DNA from: Eledone cirrhosa
Taxonomy: Eukaryota
Length of the DNA stretch: 64,000 nt
Reading direction: 5' to 3'
Assembly (NCBI GenBank): GCA_964016885.1
Contig: OZ024748.1
Coordinates: forward strand, 28,458,001-28,522,000
Part shown: one piece after another, positions 1 through 13,149 of the stretch
Position numbering within the stretch: the first letter of the stretch is position 1
How the letters are laid out: every line of letters begins with the position of its first letter
Made by a program: the position numbers and the translations under genes
The notes under the pieces: model-generated
The model's database searches: none
The model's input: only the letters and a program-made list of their open reading frames with translations
What the model was told of the DNA's origin: nothing

Positions 1-1021
1 TACCTAAGGAGATCTGAGGGTGGAAGAGGTCTTATCAGCATAGAGGACTGTGTTCAGATGGAGAAAAACAACCTATACAAATACGTGACCTATAGTAAGG
101 AGCCAATGCTCAGAACTGTACTGAAGGAGGGGACAGTAGGCCAGGGGATGTCCAAGGAGGAAATAACATCAAGGAGGAAGAGCAGCCTTAAGGGAAAATC
201 CCTTCATAGTACCTTCTTTGAGAAAACTGAATTTAGAGATCCACAGACATGGAACTGGTTGAGAAGAGGAGACCTCAAAAAGGCTACAGAAGGAATGCTA
301 ATGGCTGCGTAGGAGCAGGCCCTCAAAACGAAGTGGTTGAAGCACCATATTTACAAGGAGGAGGCTAGCCCACTGTGCAGGATCTGTGGAGAGAGAGAGG
401 AGACTGTGGCTCACATTGTGTCCGAGTGTAAACACCTAGCCCAGACCCACTATAAGGGCTGGAGACACGATGTGATGGGCAGGGTGATCCACTGGCACCT
501 GTGCAAAGTAAACAATTTACCACATTCTGAGAAATGGTATGAGCATAGGCCAGAGGCGGTGATGGAGAACAATCAGGTGAAGGTGCTGTGGGATTTTAGG
601 ATACAGACGGACAAAAAACTGGAACACAATAGACCTGACCTGGTGGTTGTGGACAAAGAAAAAAGATCGTGTCTGATTGTGGATGTGGCCTGCCCTTTCG
701 ACACGAGAGTGCAAGAGAAGGAGAGGGAGAAAATTAACCGATACCAGGACCTAAAGTGGGAGGTGAAAAGGATTTGGAACTGCCATGAAGTCAAAGTGAT
801 CCCGATTGTCATAGGCGCACTGGGGACTATCTCCAAAAGTTTCCAGGGATGGTTAAAGAAAATCGGCCCCTTCACGCTTTTTGGAACGCTTCAAAAGGCA
901 TGCTTGCTTGGAACAGCAAGAACCCTCCGATACGTCCTGAATATCTGAGGCTGCAGGTAGTGGCTTGATATTCATTCCAACGGACTTTCCAGTTAACCAA
1001 CATCAATGACTGAGATTCAAG
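1..1021 (+). mobile_element. 3' part of an R4/Dong-like non-LTR retrotransposon (restriction-like endonuclease type), followed by (TAA)n
   Basis: ORFs 58-312 and 337-948 are in one frame, split by a TAG. Motifs: CCHC knuckle CRICGEREETVAHIVSEC, RHD, NRPD...D...EK PD-(D/E)XK endonuclease, PIVIGALG, KACLLGT C-terminus. Confidence 0.9.
337..948 (+). pseudogene. C-terminal zinc knuckle + restriction-like endonuclease of the R4/Dong-like ORF
   Basis: LWDFRIQTDKKLEHNRPDLVVVDKEKRSCLIVDVACPFD; in-frame stop upstream at 310-312. Confidence 0.88.
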
Positions 1022-1022
1022 G

Positions 1023-1031
1023 AATAACAAC

Positions 1032-1090
<59 letters not shown>

Positions 1091-1099
1091 TAATAATGA
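1023..1099. repeat. (TAA)n tract between two tail-to-tail retrotransposons
   Basis: Direct reading. Confidence 0.95.
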
Positions 1100-1349
1100 T
1101 TTCTTTATTAACCACAAGGGTTTACATAAAGTAGACATTAAGGACAGTACAGGACAATACAGGACGGTACAAATAGGCATTTCTGCGTGTAAAAAACAAA
1201 AACAGAGGATGTAACAAAAAATAACAATGAAAAATTCCCCAATAGGGGCGAGACTACGGAGGGACATTTGTGGAGAAAGCCCAGTAAAAGGCCACAGTGA
1301 CACTGACCACCAAGGCAAGTGCCCTCTCCCAGTTTTCCACCTTTAATTT

Positions 1350-4300
1350 ACAGATACATACACAGAGTAGGCCCATTCACTCGGGCCATTCTTGCTTCTC
1401 TCACCCATCTTTCAACAAAATACTGGGAAGAGAGCACTTCCCTCTCTACTCTGATTTTCCTTTTCAAATGAAATTTGAAAAAGTCAATCAGGGCATCACC
1501 GAAGAGGTAAGTGCTCGTCTTCAGCCCGGATCCGTCCTACACGTGACAGCAGGTGTTCGACATAAACTCACAAGTCAGCAATTTTCGGACACTGGACGAG
1601 TGCGTGCAGGACGGTTTCGTCGCCCTGCGCGCATCTCGGACATGCTCGGCTGACGGCACCTCCATGCCTGTAGAGATTATCTCGAACTGGTAAGGCTCCT
1701 CGGTAGCATTGCCAGGCCAGAGATTTCTGGAAGTTGTCCATAGGCCCCGGCCCGAAAGTTCTTCCGAAGAGATTGGTTAGTTGATTTTCGTCAGACGCCT
1801 AGAGTTTCCCCAAGTACGTCGTCGCTCTTCCCCTCCACTAATCCTCTATAGAACGCCGAGGTGGAGTTTCCACCGATCACATTGCCCGATTGGTCGAGGG
1901 CTGTGAGCGCCTGAAGACATTCCAGTCTCCAGGCGCTCCCTCTCGGTCTTCGCTTGACCCAGGACTGCAGCTCCGTCAAGGAAACGAGCTGGGGAATACG
2001 TGTCTAGCAAACGGCGACCACACCTGATCACCGTCGAGGAAGAGGTGGAGATGTCGTAGCCTGAGCGCGTATCTGCGCATCATCAGCCACGGCATGCCCA
2101 GCCCTCCACGTAGCGGGTGTTGACAACAGATGGACCTCCTGACCAACGGAGCGCGTCCCTTCCACAAAAAGCGAAAGAGCAAACGCTCCAGCGCAGTCAG
2201 GCGGGGCTTAGAACAAGGTACGACGGTCAGGCGGTAGCAGATGACAGACGCGATGTACGCGTTAGCCACCTCCGCTCGACCTTTCAGGGATAGCTTCCTC
2301 TCCGCCCATTTCTGGGTGAGAGAAGCCACCCTGCTCGTCACCTCGTCCCAGTTTTTGTCCGTCTGGAGGTCCGGACCGAAACAGACCCCTAGCAATTTAA
2401 CCGGTCCGTCCGTCCAGCGTCCGACGACGCTGTTGGACGGCATGGACCTGCCTCTCCAGGTGCCGAGCTGCAGGCCCACTGACTTTTCCTGGTTGATCAT
2501 TGCTCCTGTCACCGCTTCGTATTCTCTTAGTGTAGTGCCAATCGCCTCGATGTGTTTGGCGTTCGACGCCACTACGGTGACATCGTCCGCATATGCTGAC
2601 ACGGATCTTCCGCATCCTAGTTCGCGCGGGACGCTCCTCAACGTCTCCAGTTTGTGCAGTAATGGCTCGAGAGTCAATACGTACAAGAGGGACCAGAGGG
2701 GACATCCTTGGCGGACCGAGCGCATGATGTTGAACGGTTCCGAAAGGTGACCGTTCACTCTCACCACAGAGTAGATGTCGCTGTGCATGGCAGCGATCCA
2801 GCCTCTGAAAGCGGGCCCAAAGCCAGCCGCCCTCAGGACTGCCGCTAGGTAACGATGGTCGACCCTATCGAAAGCTTTCGACTGATCTAAATTGATCAAA
2901 GACCCACCCGTGCCAGGTTCCCTAGCTACCCTCTCTACGATGTATTGCATGAGGTGGAGGTTGTCGTGGATGGATCTGTCGGGAATGGCGCATGTCTGTG
3001 CCTCTCCCACCAGACCACCAACGACAAGCGCCAACCTATTTGCTAGCACCTTGGCCAAAATCTTGAACTCTGTGTTTAGCAGAGTTATGGGCCTGAAATT
3101 ATCTATGTTATTCCCCTTGTTCGGATCCTTTCTCAGCAGTGCCACCGCTCCTCGGCTCACAGAGATGGGAATTCTCCCGTTCTGTTGCCAGTTGCAGTAG
3201 ACGTCCGCCAAGAGGCCTCCGAACAAGTCTGGCATCTGTACGTAAAGTTCATAGGGCAGACCATCCAAACCAGGCGATTTACCCCTTGTGCAGCCAGTCA
3301 TTGCCTCCCGTACTTCAGCGGCTGTTATCGGCTTTTCGCAACACTCCGCCTCAGTGGCCGAGAGCCGCGGCAGTCCGTCGAGGTAGACACTAAAGTCCAT
3401 CCATCGACCCGGCCCACCGCTGCCCCCGAACAGCTGAGCGAAGTGTCGCTGAAAAGCTTCACACATTTTCCCGGAATCGAGTAGCATGCGCCCGTCGTGG
3501 TCCACCAAAGACCGGATCGTTGCTTTGTTGCCACGATGCGCCTCCGCCACTCGGGCCCATTGACCGGCTTTCGTCCCCTCGTGTCTAAGAGCACGCACCC
3601 TAGCTCTGACAACGCAGCCTTCGTGCTTTGCATTGAAGAATTGGTAAAGGGCCAATTTCACCGCAAGCACGTCGGTCGCGATGCCTTTGCTAAGCGCCTC
3701 GTCTAATTTTCTAACTAGTTCTCCCTCTGTTCTATTTTTCTATATTGCTAAAGCCTTACTAAACCTAATGGACTCTATTCTAATCGCTCTTTTCAGAGCA
3801 AACTGCCACTTGTTGTTGACGATGGCCCCCGTCAACGCCCGCTTAACTAGTTCGCTAATCCGGTCTCTGTAGGCCTTGCGCGCTGGGAAGGACGCGTTTA
3901 GCTTCCAGTAGCCGGGTCCTCGTCTATGAAGCCTATCTAAGTCAAGCACACATATCACGAATTTGTGGTCCGTGTAGCTGACTATCTTGAATTGTGGACA
4001 GCCTATGCTAGACCTATCTATTTCCCTACAAAATACTCTATCTAGATATGATCTGGATGACCCTATGCGATTTGTCCAAGTCCACATTGGCACATTCGGG
4101 AAATCCAATCGGCACCTGTCAGACAGTTCAAAACGCCTGAGCAGGTTGGTGAGGCTCTTGCATCCTCCTCCCCTATCCGCTAATCCCACACAGTCCCAGC
4201 GTGTATCTAAGATCCCGTTCCAGTCGCCCACTAACACTAAAGAGCGGGACGTTCCAAGAAAGGTCTCCAGACGCCGTAAGAAATCAGGCCGCCCTGCTCC

Positions 4301-4644
4301 TGTCGGGGCATAGACGGCCACTAGCCTGAAAGCTTGCCCGTCTCCGCTGGTCACGTCTAGCACCACCAACTTACTTTCTGGGTCCAGGAAGATGGCCCGT
4401 ATGGCAAGATCCAAACCTCTCCGAAAAAGCACAGAAACTCCTCCCCCGATCCCGGACGGCTGGGAGATGCGTACACATCGTAGCCGCCGAAGATCGGTGC
4501 GAAGGCCCGTGCTTCGGAGATTCTGGTCTCGCTGATGGCCACTACATCTATGTTTAGTGACCTGAGGTCGTTGAGCAGGTGGCCCTGCTTCCATGACGAC
4601 CCCAAGCCACGCGCATTTATGCTGCCTATTCTGAGTGAGGTCAT
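1350..4644 (-). pseudogene. LINE ORF2 (APE endonuclease + reverse transcriptase), broken
   Basis: Split over ORFs 4357-4644, 3740-4678, 1976-3670 and 1791-1979. Frameshift near 4470, stop at 3740, frameshift near 1980, and an internal deletion near 1527 relative to the second copy. Confidence 0.88.
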
Positions 4645-5165
4645 GTTGAAATGGAGCGGAAAAGATGGGAGTGACCACTTACCTTACTTCTCGTAGAGGA
4701 AGGATGGTGTGTCCATCCTTTTCAATGCTTGTGGCGTCCTCCGGAAGGATGTCCTTATAAATTCTCCTGGAGAGTGTTTGTCGGAAGTCTCCGATGTCTT
4801 TGGGGAATTTTTGTTTTAGTGTCGTGTACGTTTTCTGTGTGATGCGAGTGATTTGTATGTGTGGAGGTGGTGTGAACTTTTGGATTGTTGTGTAGTCTTT
4901 TTCTGTGATGCTGGTGTTGGGTTGCATGTAGTGTAATAATTGGTTGTTGCTCAAATTTAATGCTGTGTAGTGTGTATCGTTTTGGTTGTTTTGTTTTGTT
5001 TGCGTTTGTTGTGGGTTTGTTTGTTACGCTTTTTGGTGACTTTTGTGGTGTTGGTGATGGTGGTTTGGGGTTAATGATGGTGATGGTGTTGGTGTTTGTG
5101 GTGATGGGGTTGTTTATGTTGGTGTGGATGGTGGCATATCCGTCTTAACTTTCTTGTTTGCTAAT

Positions 5166-6635
5166 TTATTTGTTTCCCTCTGTATTTTGTTTTTGGAGGG
5201 GGAGGGCAGAGAATTTTTTTCTTTTTTGGTTTCTTTTTTTCTTTTTTCCTGATACCGTTTCCCACTCCTCGTCGTCACAATCTGTCTCCAGTTGCGATAA
5301 GCCGAGGAGTGGAAAATCCTCCCCAGGCGTTGGTTTTGGTTGTGGCGTGGTGGATGGTGTAGGCGCTGGTGCTAGTTCTGGGGCGTTGGGTGGTGGTGGT
5401 GTTGGTTTTGCTACTGTTGCTGGGGTTGTTGCTGTTACAGTTGCTTCTGTTGTTGCTGCTACAGTTGTTGCTGCCATTTCTGCTGCTGGTGGTGTTGATG
5501 GTTGAGTCACTGGGGTGGGTAAGAGAGCTGGCCTCAACCTTTTAGCCTGAGGGCAAAAAGCCCTTAGGTGGGTTCCTTCACCACAAACGACACACCTAGG
5601 CCTTCTGCCCTCGACGATTACGGTGAGGTGGCTGCCGTCAGTGAGGTCTATTACCTCTGGGATCTCCTCAATGCTTTTATGGTCCGCTTGGATCAGGAGC
5701 TCCATCCCAGATCCGGACCAGTTCTCCTGCTTTTCTTTTGCTATTTCTATTATTTTGGTGTTGGCCTCGATGCCGGCGAGGACGGTGGCCATTAGCCAGG
5801 GAATTTCGATGGCCGGTGGAACGTGGGTCACCCTGATCTTCACAAGTCTCTGGCCACAATAGCTTGGGATGAGTGTGAAGTCGTCACTTTTTAATGGGGC
5901 CACGGAGTGTTCTCTGGCCTCCTGTGGTGTTTCAAAGAACACGTCCACGGTTCCATACTTCTGCCCACGTCTGATGTGGGGTTTTTTTGCCCACACATGT
6001 CCCAAAGCTTTTTGGATTTGGGACTCGGATGCCCGCTCCACTCGGCGCGATTTTATGTTAATTGTTCGATAAGACACGGTGCATAGGCGACGTTGCTCCA
6101 TTTTATTAGGTGTGTGTGTGTGTGTGGGGGGGGGTCTGACCCTGTACCCATCTCTCTTTACCATTCCTTTGGCTTCTTCTAATCCCTCCTGAGTTACCTG
6201 GATCGCTTCGCACGTTTTTGCTACTCTGGCAAAACTCAGGGTAGTTTTCTTAATTTCATTGTTGCTGTTGTTGTTATCGTTATTTTTGCTATTGTTAATT
6301 TTAGTTTCAGTTGTGGTGGTGGTGGCGTCAGTGGTGTTCGGTGTGGAAGAGTTCATTTTGGTTGAATTCATTTCGATATCACGAGTTAAATTATTTTTTT
6401 CTTTTGTTTCTGTTGTCGCTGTGGTGGTGGTGGAGGTGGTGGTTGTCGTGATAGTGGTGGCGGCTTTAACACCTGCAGTCATTGGTAATGGCGGGAAATG
6501 AATGTCTGCCTGAGACAAATTTAAAATATTGCTACTGCTTACAATTCCAGTGTTGGCAAACGTAGCAATATTTACAATGGTGGTGTCGGTGTGAGGTGTT
6601 GGATTGTGAGGAAGGAGTGAATCTGAGTCATCCAT
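5166..6635 (-). CDS. LINE ORF1 (gag-like nucleic-acid-binding protein), 489 aa, uninterrupted
   Basis: ATG start; CVVCGEGTHLRAFC zinc knuckle; acidic EEWETV then basic KKKKRNQKRKK tail; lies upstream of APE-RT. Confidence 0.85.
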   Translation of the reverse strand: MDDSDSLLPHNPTPHTDTTIVNIATFANTGIVSSSNILNLSQADIHFPPLPMTAGVKAATTITTTTTSTTTTATTETKEKNNLTRDIEMNSTKMNSSTPNTTDATTTTTETKINNSKNNDNNNSNNEIKKTTLSFARVAKTCEAIQVTQEGLEEAKGMVKRDGYRVRPPPTHTHTPNKMEQRRLCTVSYRTINIKSRRVERASESQIQKALGHVWAKKPHIRRGQKYGTVDVFFETPQEAREHSVAPLKSDDFTLIPSYCGQRLVKIRVTHVPPAIEIPWLMATVLAGIEANTKIIEIAKEKQENWSGSGMELLIQADHKSIEEIPEVIDLTDGSHLTVIVEGRRPRCVVCGEGTHLRAFCPQAKRLRPALLPTPVTQPSTPPAAEMAATTVAATTEATVTATTPATVAKPTPPPPNAPELAPAPTPSTTPQPKPTPGEDFPLLGLSQLETDCDDEEWETVSGKKKKRNQKRKKFSALPLQKQNTEGNK

Positions 6636-6850
6636 TATTTTTCAAAGAAAAATTTTTTATTTGATAATTATAAAAAGTTTAAATTTTGGGCTCAAGGCCC
6701 CAATATTTTTGAGTGTCCTTTTCAGAAATCAATGTATGTGCACTTATATACAGTTAACAATAACAATTTTCCATAAATGGCAATTTTAAATAACTGAAAA
6801 TAACAAACCTTGCGGAGCTCACGATGATACGATTTACTACGTAGGTCGCC

Positions 6851-6898
<48 letters not shown>
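6851..6898. repeat. (TAA)n tract / tail of the second Tx1-like copy
   Basis: Direct reading. Confidence 0.95.
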
Positions 6899-6899
<1 letters not shown>

Positions 6900-9428
6900 G
6901 TTTCTTTATTGGCCACAAGGGCTAACATGAAGAAAAATATTAGAGACGGCACAGAACAGTACAGGACGATACAGAGTGGGTTTTTGTCGTGTAAACAGGT
7001 TATAACAGAATCGGGCTAGAAATCAAAAAAATTCAAACAAAAATTCTCCAAAAATGGGGAAACCTCCGAGGGTCACTCGTGGCGGAAACCACACAAAAAG
7101 ACCACGGCCACCCTGACCACCAGGTCAAGCGCCCTCTCTCAGTTTTCCCACTCCTCAGTCTACAGGCGCATACTCAGAGCGAGCCCGTTCACTCGGACCA
7201 GACACGCCACTTCCACCCACCTTTCAACAAACTTACTAGAAGACAGCACTTGCCTCTCCACCCTGATTTTCCTCAAGTGAAACTTGAAAAAGTTAATCAG
7301 GGATTGGCCGAAGAGGAAAGTGTCCGTCTTCAACCCTTTCAACCTTGTGCACCACACAATCTCTTTCCCCATGGCCACCAGGCAGATGAAAACTGCCTGC
7401 CCTTCCTCCTCTTTAAAGGAGGATGGTGGAGTTATCTGCACAATGGACTCAGTCGATAACCAGATCCGTCCTACACGCGACAGCAGCTGTTCGACATAGT
7501 TCCACAAATCAGCAATCTTCGGGCACTGAACGAGTGCGTGCGGCACGCTTTCGTCGCCTTGCGCGCATCTCGGACACGCTCGGCTGACAGCACCTCCGTG
7601 CCTGTAGAGCTTATCCCGAATCGGCAACGCTCCCCGGTAGCACTGCCAGGCCAGGGATTTCTGGAAGTTGTCTATAGGCCCCGGTCTGAAAGTTCTCTTG
7701 AAGTGAGCGAATAACCGATCGTCTTCGACGCCCAGGGTCTCCCCGAGAACGTCGTCGCTCTTTCCCTCCCTCTATAGAACGCCGAGGTGGATGTTCCACC
7801 AATACTAGTGCCCAGCTGGTAGAAATTCCAGCTTCCAAGCGCTATCTCTTGGTCTTTTCCTGATCCAGGACTGCAGCTCTGTCAAGGAGACGAGCTGGGG
7901 AGAAGCGCGTCTGGCAAACGGCGACCACACCTATTCACCGTCAAGGAAGCACCTGAGATGTCGAGCCTCAGCGCATGCTTGCGCATCATCAGCCATGGCA
8001 TGCCTAGTCCTCCACGCAACAGGTTTTGACAGCAAATGGATCGTCTGACCATGGGAGCATGTTCCACAAAAAGCGGAAGAGAAGGCGCTCCATTTTGGTC
8101 TAAGTTGGGCGGGGGCAAGGTACGACGATCAGGCGGTAGCAGACGACGGACGCTATGTACGCATTCGCCACCTCCGCCCGACGTTTCAGAGACAGCCTCC
8201 TCTCGGCCCATTTCTGGGTGAGAGAGGTCACCCTGCTCGTCACCTCACTCCAGTTTTTCTCCATCTGGAAGTCCGGACCGAACCAGACCACGAGCAATTT
8301 AACCGTCCAGCGCCCCACCACACTGTCGGACGGCATGGACTTGCCTCTCCAGGTGCCGAGCTTCAAGCCCACCGACTTTTCCTGGTGTATCTTTGCTCCT
8401 GTCACCGCTTCGTATTTCTTGAGAGCGGTGCCGAGCATCTGGACGTGTTTGGTGCTCGACACCACCGCGGTGACGTCGTCGGCGTAAGCTGACACGGATC
8501 TCCCACATCCCAGTTTGCGTGGGACCCGCCTCATCGTCTCCAATTTGTGCAGTAATGGCTCGAGGGCCAGTACGTACAAGAGCGACGAGAGGAGGCAAAC
8601 TTGGCGGACCGAGCGCTTGAGCTGAAAGACTGCGACAGGTGACCATTCACTCTCACAATCGAACAGATGTCGCTGTGCATCGCGGCTATCCAGCCCCTAA
8701 AAACGGGACCGAAGCCGGCCACCTCGAGGACCGCAGCCAGGTACCGATGGTCGACCCTATCAAATGCTTTAGATTGATCCAAGTTGATCAGGGCCCCACC
8801 CATGCCAGGTTCCTTAACCACCCTCTCTATGATGTATCGCATGAGATGGAGGTTGTCGTGGATAGATCTGTCCGGAATGGCGCATGTCTGTGCCTCTCCC
8901 ACCAGATCACCGACGACAAGCGCCAATCTCTTTGCTAACACCTTGGCCAAAATCTTAAACTCTGCGTTTAGCAGAGTTATGAGCCTGAAGTTGTCTATAA
9001 AGTCCCCCTTGTTCGGGTCTTTTCTCAGCAGCGTCACCGCTCACCGGCTCACAAATCTGGGAATGCGTCCGTTCTGCTGCCAGTTGCAGTAGACATTTGC
9101 CAAGAGGTCGCCGAACAAGTCTGGCATATACGCATAAAGCTCGTAGGGCAGACCATCCAAACCTGGCGATTTACCCTTCGTGCAGTCAGACATCGCTTCC
9201 CGTATTTCACCTGCTGTTATCGGCTCTTCGCAGCACTGCGCTGCGGTTGTCGAGAGCCGCGGCAGTCCGTCGAGGTATGCACCGAAGTCCATGCCCCGAT
9301 CCGGCCCGCCGCCGCTCCCGCACAATTGAGCAAAGTGATGTTGAAAAGCCACACACATCTGCTCGGGTTCAAGCAACATGCGCCCGTTTTGATCAGGCAA
9401 AGACCCAATTGTGGACTTGTTGCCACGT
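6899..9428 (-). mobile_element. 5'-truncated, frameshifted Tx1/L1-like LINE, a diverged relative of 1100-6850
   Basis: ORF pieces 9041-9436, 8531-9037, 8100-8579 (YADD) and 7160-7627 (CPRCAQGDESVPHALVQC) parallel copy 1; similar 3' UTR with AATAAA. Confidence 0.9.
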
Positions 9429-9533
9429 AATAACATACGTTTAGACAGCTTGACAAATTGAAAATTGCGGCAGGCAAAACCCAGCCATACAATACCAAAA
9501 CAACGAAAAAACTAATCAGGTTAGACAATAGAC

Positions 9534-9616
<83 letters not shown>

Positions 9617-9808
9617 ATATATATATATACGTGTGCGTGTGTGTGTTTGAGTGTCCTGTCATAGCAACATGTCTTTCATTGGAAGATTTAATTTTATGAC
9701 ATTTCGATGCAGCTGGTGCTTATTTGTTGTCTTGGAAACAAATACGACACAAATGACATTTCAAGTCACACCTAGAGTCTGCTCAAGATTCCCTCTAGCC
9801 TTTATTTA

Positions 9809-9992
9809 TAATTGTTTCTACTTTTGGCACAAGGCCAGCAATTACCCAGTACATTACTGGTACTTTATTTTATCGACCCCGTAAGGATGAAAGGCAAAGT
9901 TAACCTCGGCGGGATTTGAACTCAGAATGGCAAGGGCCGTAACTCTATGCGTCAAAGAATGGCGTCCGACCCTTTACCGATACTGCCAATCA
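9809..9992 (-). mobile_element. tRNA-headed SINE (family A)
   Basis: A box TGGCAGTATCGG and B box GAGTTCAAATCC on the minus strand; body ctttgcctttcatccttacggggtcgataaaataaagtaccag is repeated across the window. Confidence 0.85.
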
Positions 9993-10238
9993 ATGTCTGT
10001 TGTCGACATTTCTTATCGCTAGATTTAAAAAGTTATAGCTTTATCATAATATAACTTGATATATCACCCCTCCCCCTCCGCCCTCTCACCCGTCTTAAAG
10101 GGAAGCGAACACACCCCTGGAGATGTGGCTATCGTTTTTACGCTTATGATCACCGTAGTGCTCCCTAAATTTTGCCAGTAGATTTCTGCCTCAGATCTCT
10201 ATTAACTCTTTCGTTACCCCACATTTTTAACTGAAATA

Positions 10239-10297
10239 TACACACGTACACACATACACACACACAAACATACGCGCACACACACACACACACACAA

Positions 10298-10355
<58 letters not shown>

Positions 10356-10396
10356 ACACACAAACACACGCGCGCGCACACACACACACGCGCGCG

Positions 10397-10478
<82 letters not shown>

Positions 10479-11104
10479 CATACATGATGATTGCAAACTC
10501 TGCTGAGAGTACTGCAATTGCTTGGAGGATTATAGTTTGGTGCACTTTTAGGCTACGGCCAGTCACACAAACCTGTGACATATGCTGAGCAAGCAATGCC
10601 TGTTTTTTTAATGTTTTTTTTAAGTGGGGAATGGCCTTGCGTTCGACCAATCCCACTCTCTGAACATCGAAAAAACTACCCGAAAAGGAGAACTGGTCAA
10701 CTTCCGAAGCCTGAGGTCTTTTTTTCAGAGTTTCCCTCTCCTAGAAAGGTGTTTGGGGGCCTTTCACTCCCAGGTTAAAAACAAAACAAAACAAAAAAAA
10801 CATACTTACATAAATATATACATTCACGCATACATACATACATACATACATACATACATACATACATACATACATACATACATTCACACATACATACATA
10901 CATTCACATACATACATTCACACATACATACATTCACACATACATACATAGATACATACATGCATACATACATACATGCATACATACATACATACATACA
11001 TACATACATACATACATACATACATACATACATTCACACATACATACATATATGCATACATACATACATACATACATACATACATACATACATACATACA
11101 TACA
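10239..11104. repeat. (CA)n, (TA)n and (TACA)n microsatellites with a diverged family-B fragment (~10590-10750) between them
   Basis: Direct reading; gcaatgcctg...ccaatcccactctct...cagagttttccctctcctaga matches family B. Confidence 0.8.
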
Positions 11105-11769
11105 TCACCAAGTCTGACGAGCAGATCGATAGGTTTCATAGGTGACCTTTAGCCAATCATCTGTAAAACGTACGTAACAGGTCGATAATCAATAAAAACA
11201 TGTAAACGAAACATCGTCTTTGTTTTTTTATTGTATGTATATATATATGGTGATGATGATGATGATGACGAGGATGGTGATGTGTGTGCCGGTGATAGTG
11301 AAGATGATGATGTTAATGCTGACGATGACGACAATCTTACGAGATTTTCTTTTTAAAGTTCACTCGCAACCTGTTTGATTGAAAACCCTCTGCTATCTTT
11401 TCCTCCTCTACTTTCTACTAATCCCATTGGTTAATAGGTTTAATAGACGCTATATAAATGACAAAACACGCCACCCAAAACAAGTCTGAACATACAGATG
11501 TTAAAGATTCTGCCTTCTATGTATGCTCGTGAAATAGACTCTGCTAATATTACTATTTCGAGGTTATAGTTTGACAAATATTTATGTCAATGTATCGTGT
11601 TACATCAATGTTACTGTCAAGTATCCCAATTTTAGATATCAGTAAATATTTCGACGGTGTTGTTGTTAGAATAGAAATAAAGCCCTCTATTGCCACCGTA
11701 TGTTCTTTTAAAGTCGAATGAAGTATTGTTCTGATTGCTGTCACTATCAAGTCAGTACACCCGTACCCC

Positions 11770-12667
11770 CAGCTGAAAGCTCTATATACAAATGAGGTTA
11801 ATCAGCCCATGTACATAGGTGTCAACACTATATGTTTTCGCCTATATTGAGTTACCAATCTGGCTACCAAACAGGAGGTTAAATCCTATCAAATCTTAAC
11901 TATGCAGACGATCTGGCCATCAGGAGTTACTCTAGAACTGATCTGCAACTGCAAGACTTTCTGAATGTACTGGCCAAACATTCACTGGAGGCTGGCGTGC
12001 GCATCAACATCTCCTAAACAAAGTGTATGATAACTGATAAAAACAATCTACAACCTACAACAAGCAAATTGCTCAAGTTACGGAGTTTGTATATCTCGGT
12101 CACAAACTATTATCAAACAACAACGGAATGGTTGCTGCTCAGTATCGCATCGCTCTAGGTTGGGTAGCTTTCAACAATAACAAGGAAGTACTAACATCAA
12201 AACGAGTTTTCTACCATTTGAGGGCTAAGATCTTCGATACTTACATCCTACCAGTTGTGTTATATGGTCTTGACTATGTTAATTGGACGACAAGGTCACT
12301 TCAGAAGCTCTCTACATTCCAGAACCACATCATGTGACTTATGACTGGCAAGCGGCTCAGCGACCGTATTTGTATCAGTGAGTTGCTCAACATTACCAGA
12401 CTTAGACCAATTACATCAATTGCCAAGTCAAGAGTACTCAAATTATTCGGTCATGTAAAAAAATCAACTCGTGGTGCGAGTAGATTATGCCTGGAAGGAA
12501 GGTTGGCTGGTAAGAGAAGCAGAGATCGGCAACCAAAACGATGGCTTGATAATGTCAACCTATGGACTGGACTTGATCTTAGCTCTTTAAACTCTGCTGT
12601 TGGTGATCGAACTTTGTGGAGAAAAATATCTCATGCTAATGCGCAGTCTGTAACTGGCGGAGTTTAG
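11770..12667 (+). pseudogene. Degraded RTE-like LINE RT/C-terminal fragment
   Basis: LNYADDL at ~11896; EFVYLG; IFDTYILPVVLYG; LKLFGHV; LEGRLAGKRSRDRQPKRWLDNV; multiple stops and frameshifts. Confidence 0.8.
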
Positions 12668-12843
12668 CGTCAAAGTAATATATTGAGTTACAGCAGAGAC
12701 CAAGGTACGGGGGCACTGATTTAATAACGACCAGAGTCAGGTCATCAGTTACCCACCATTTGCTTTTGCTGGAATCCGCTAGATGGCGCTACATCATCAG
12801 TTTATTCGTAAACATACCTATATCACTAAATATACAAAATACG

Positions 12844-12883
<40 letters not shown>

Positions 12884-12889
12884 CACAGA

Positions 12890-13011
<122 letters not shown>

Positions 13012-13149
13012 TGTATATACATATATGATGATGGCTGCCCCTCGTGATCGTGAAGATTATTTTTAAAGTGAGGAAAGACTAACACCTACTAACGTTACTG
13101 CTGGTCCGTTTCTGTATCTTTTATATCTCCATAGTTAATTCATCTGGCA

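Larger units (their letters stand above)
1100..6850 (-). mobile_element. Near full-length Tx1/L1-clade LINE (ORF1 + APE-RT ORF2), with ORF2 disrupted
   Basis: ORF1 with a CCHC knuckle. APE endonuclease (SINARGL, VYAP, GDWN, SYLDRVF, TDH), RT (KSPGLDG, NFRPITLLN, DQSKAFDRV, RQGCPL, YADD) and C-terminal CPRC..H...C. Minus-strand AATAAA precedes an (ATT)n tail. 5' boundary inferred from the next (TAA)n tract. Confidence 0.9.

Noticed and set aside
2241-9444. Plus-strand ORFs overlapping the Tx1-like elements
   Set aside because: Antisense shadows of GC-rich RT coding sequence
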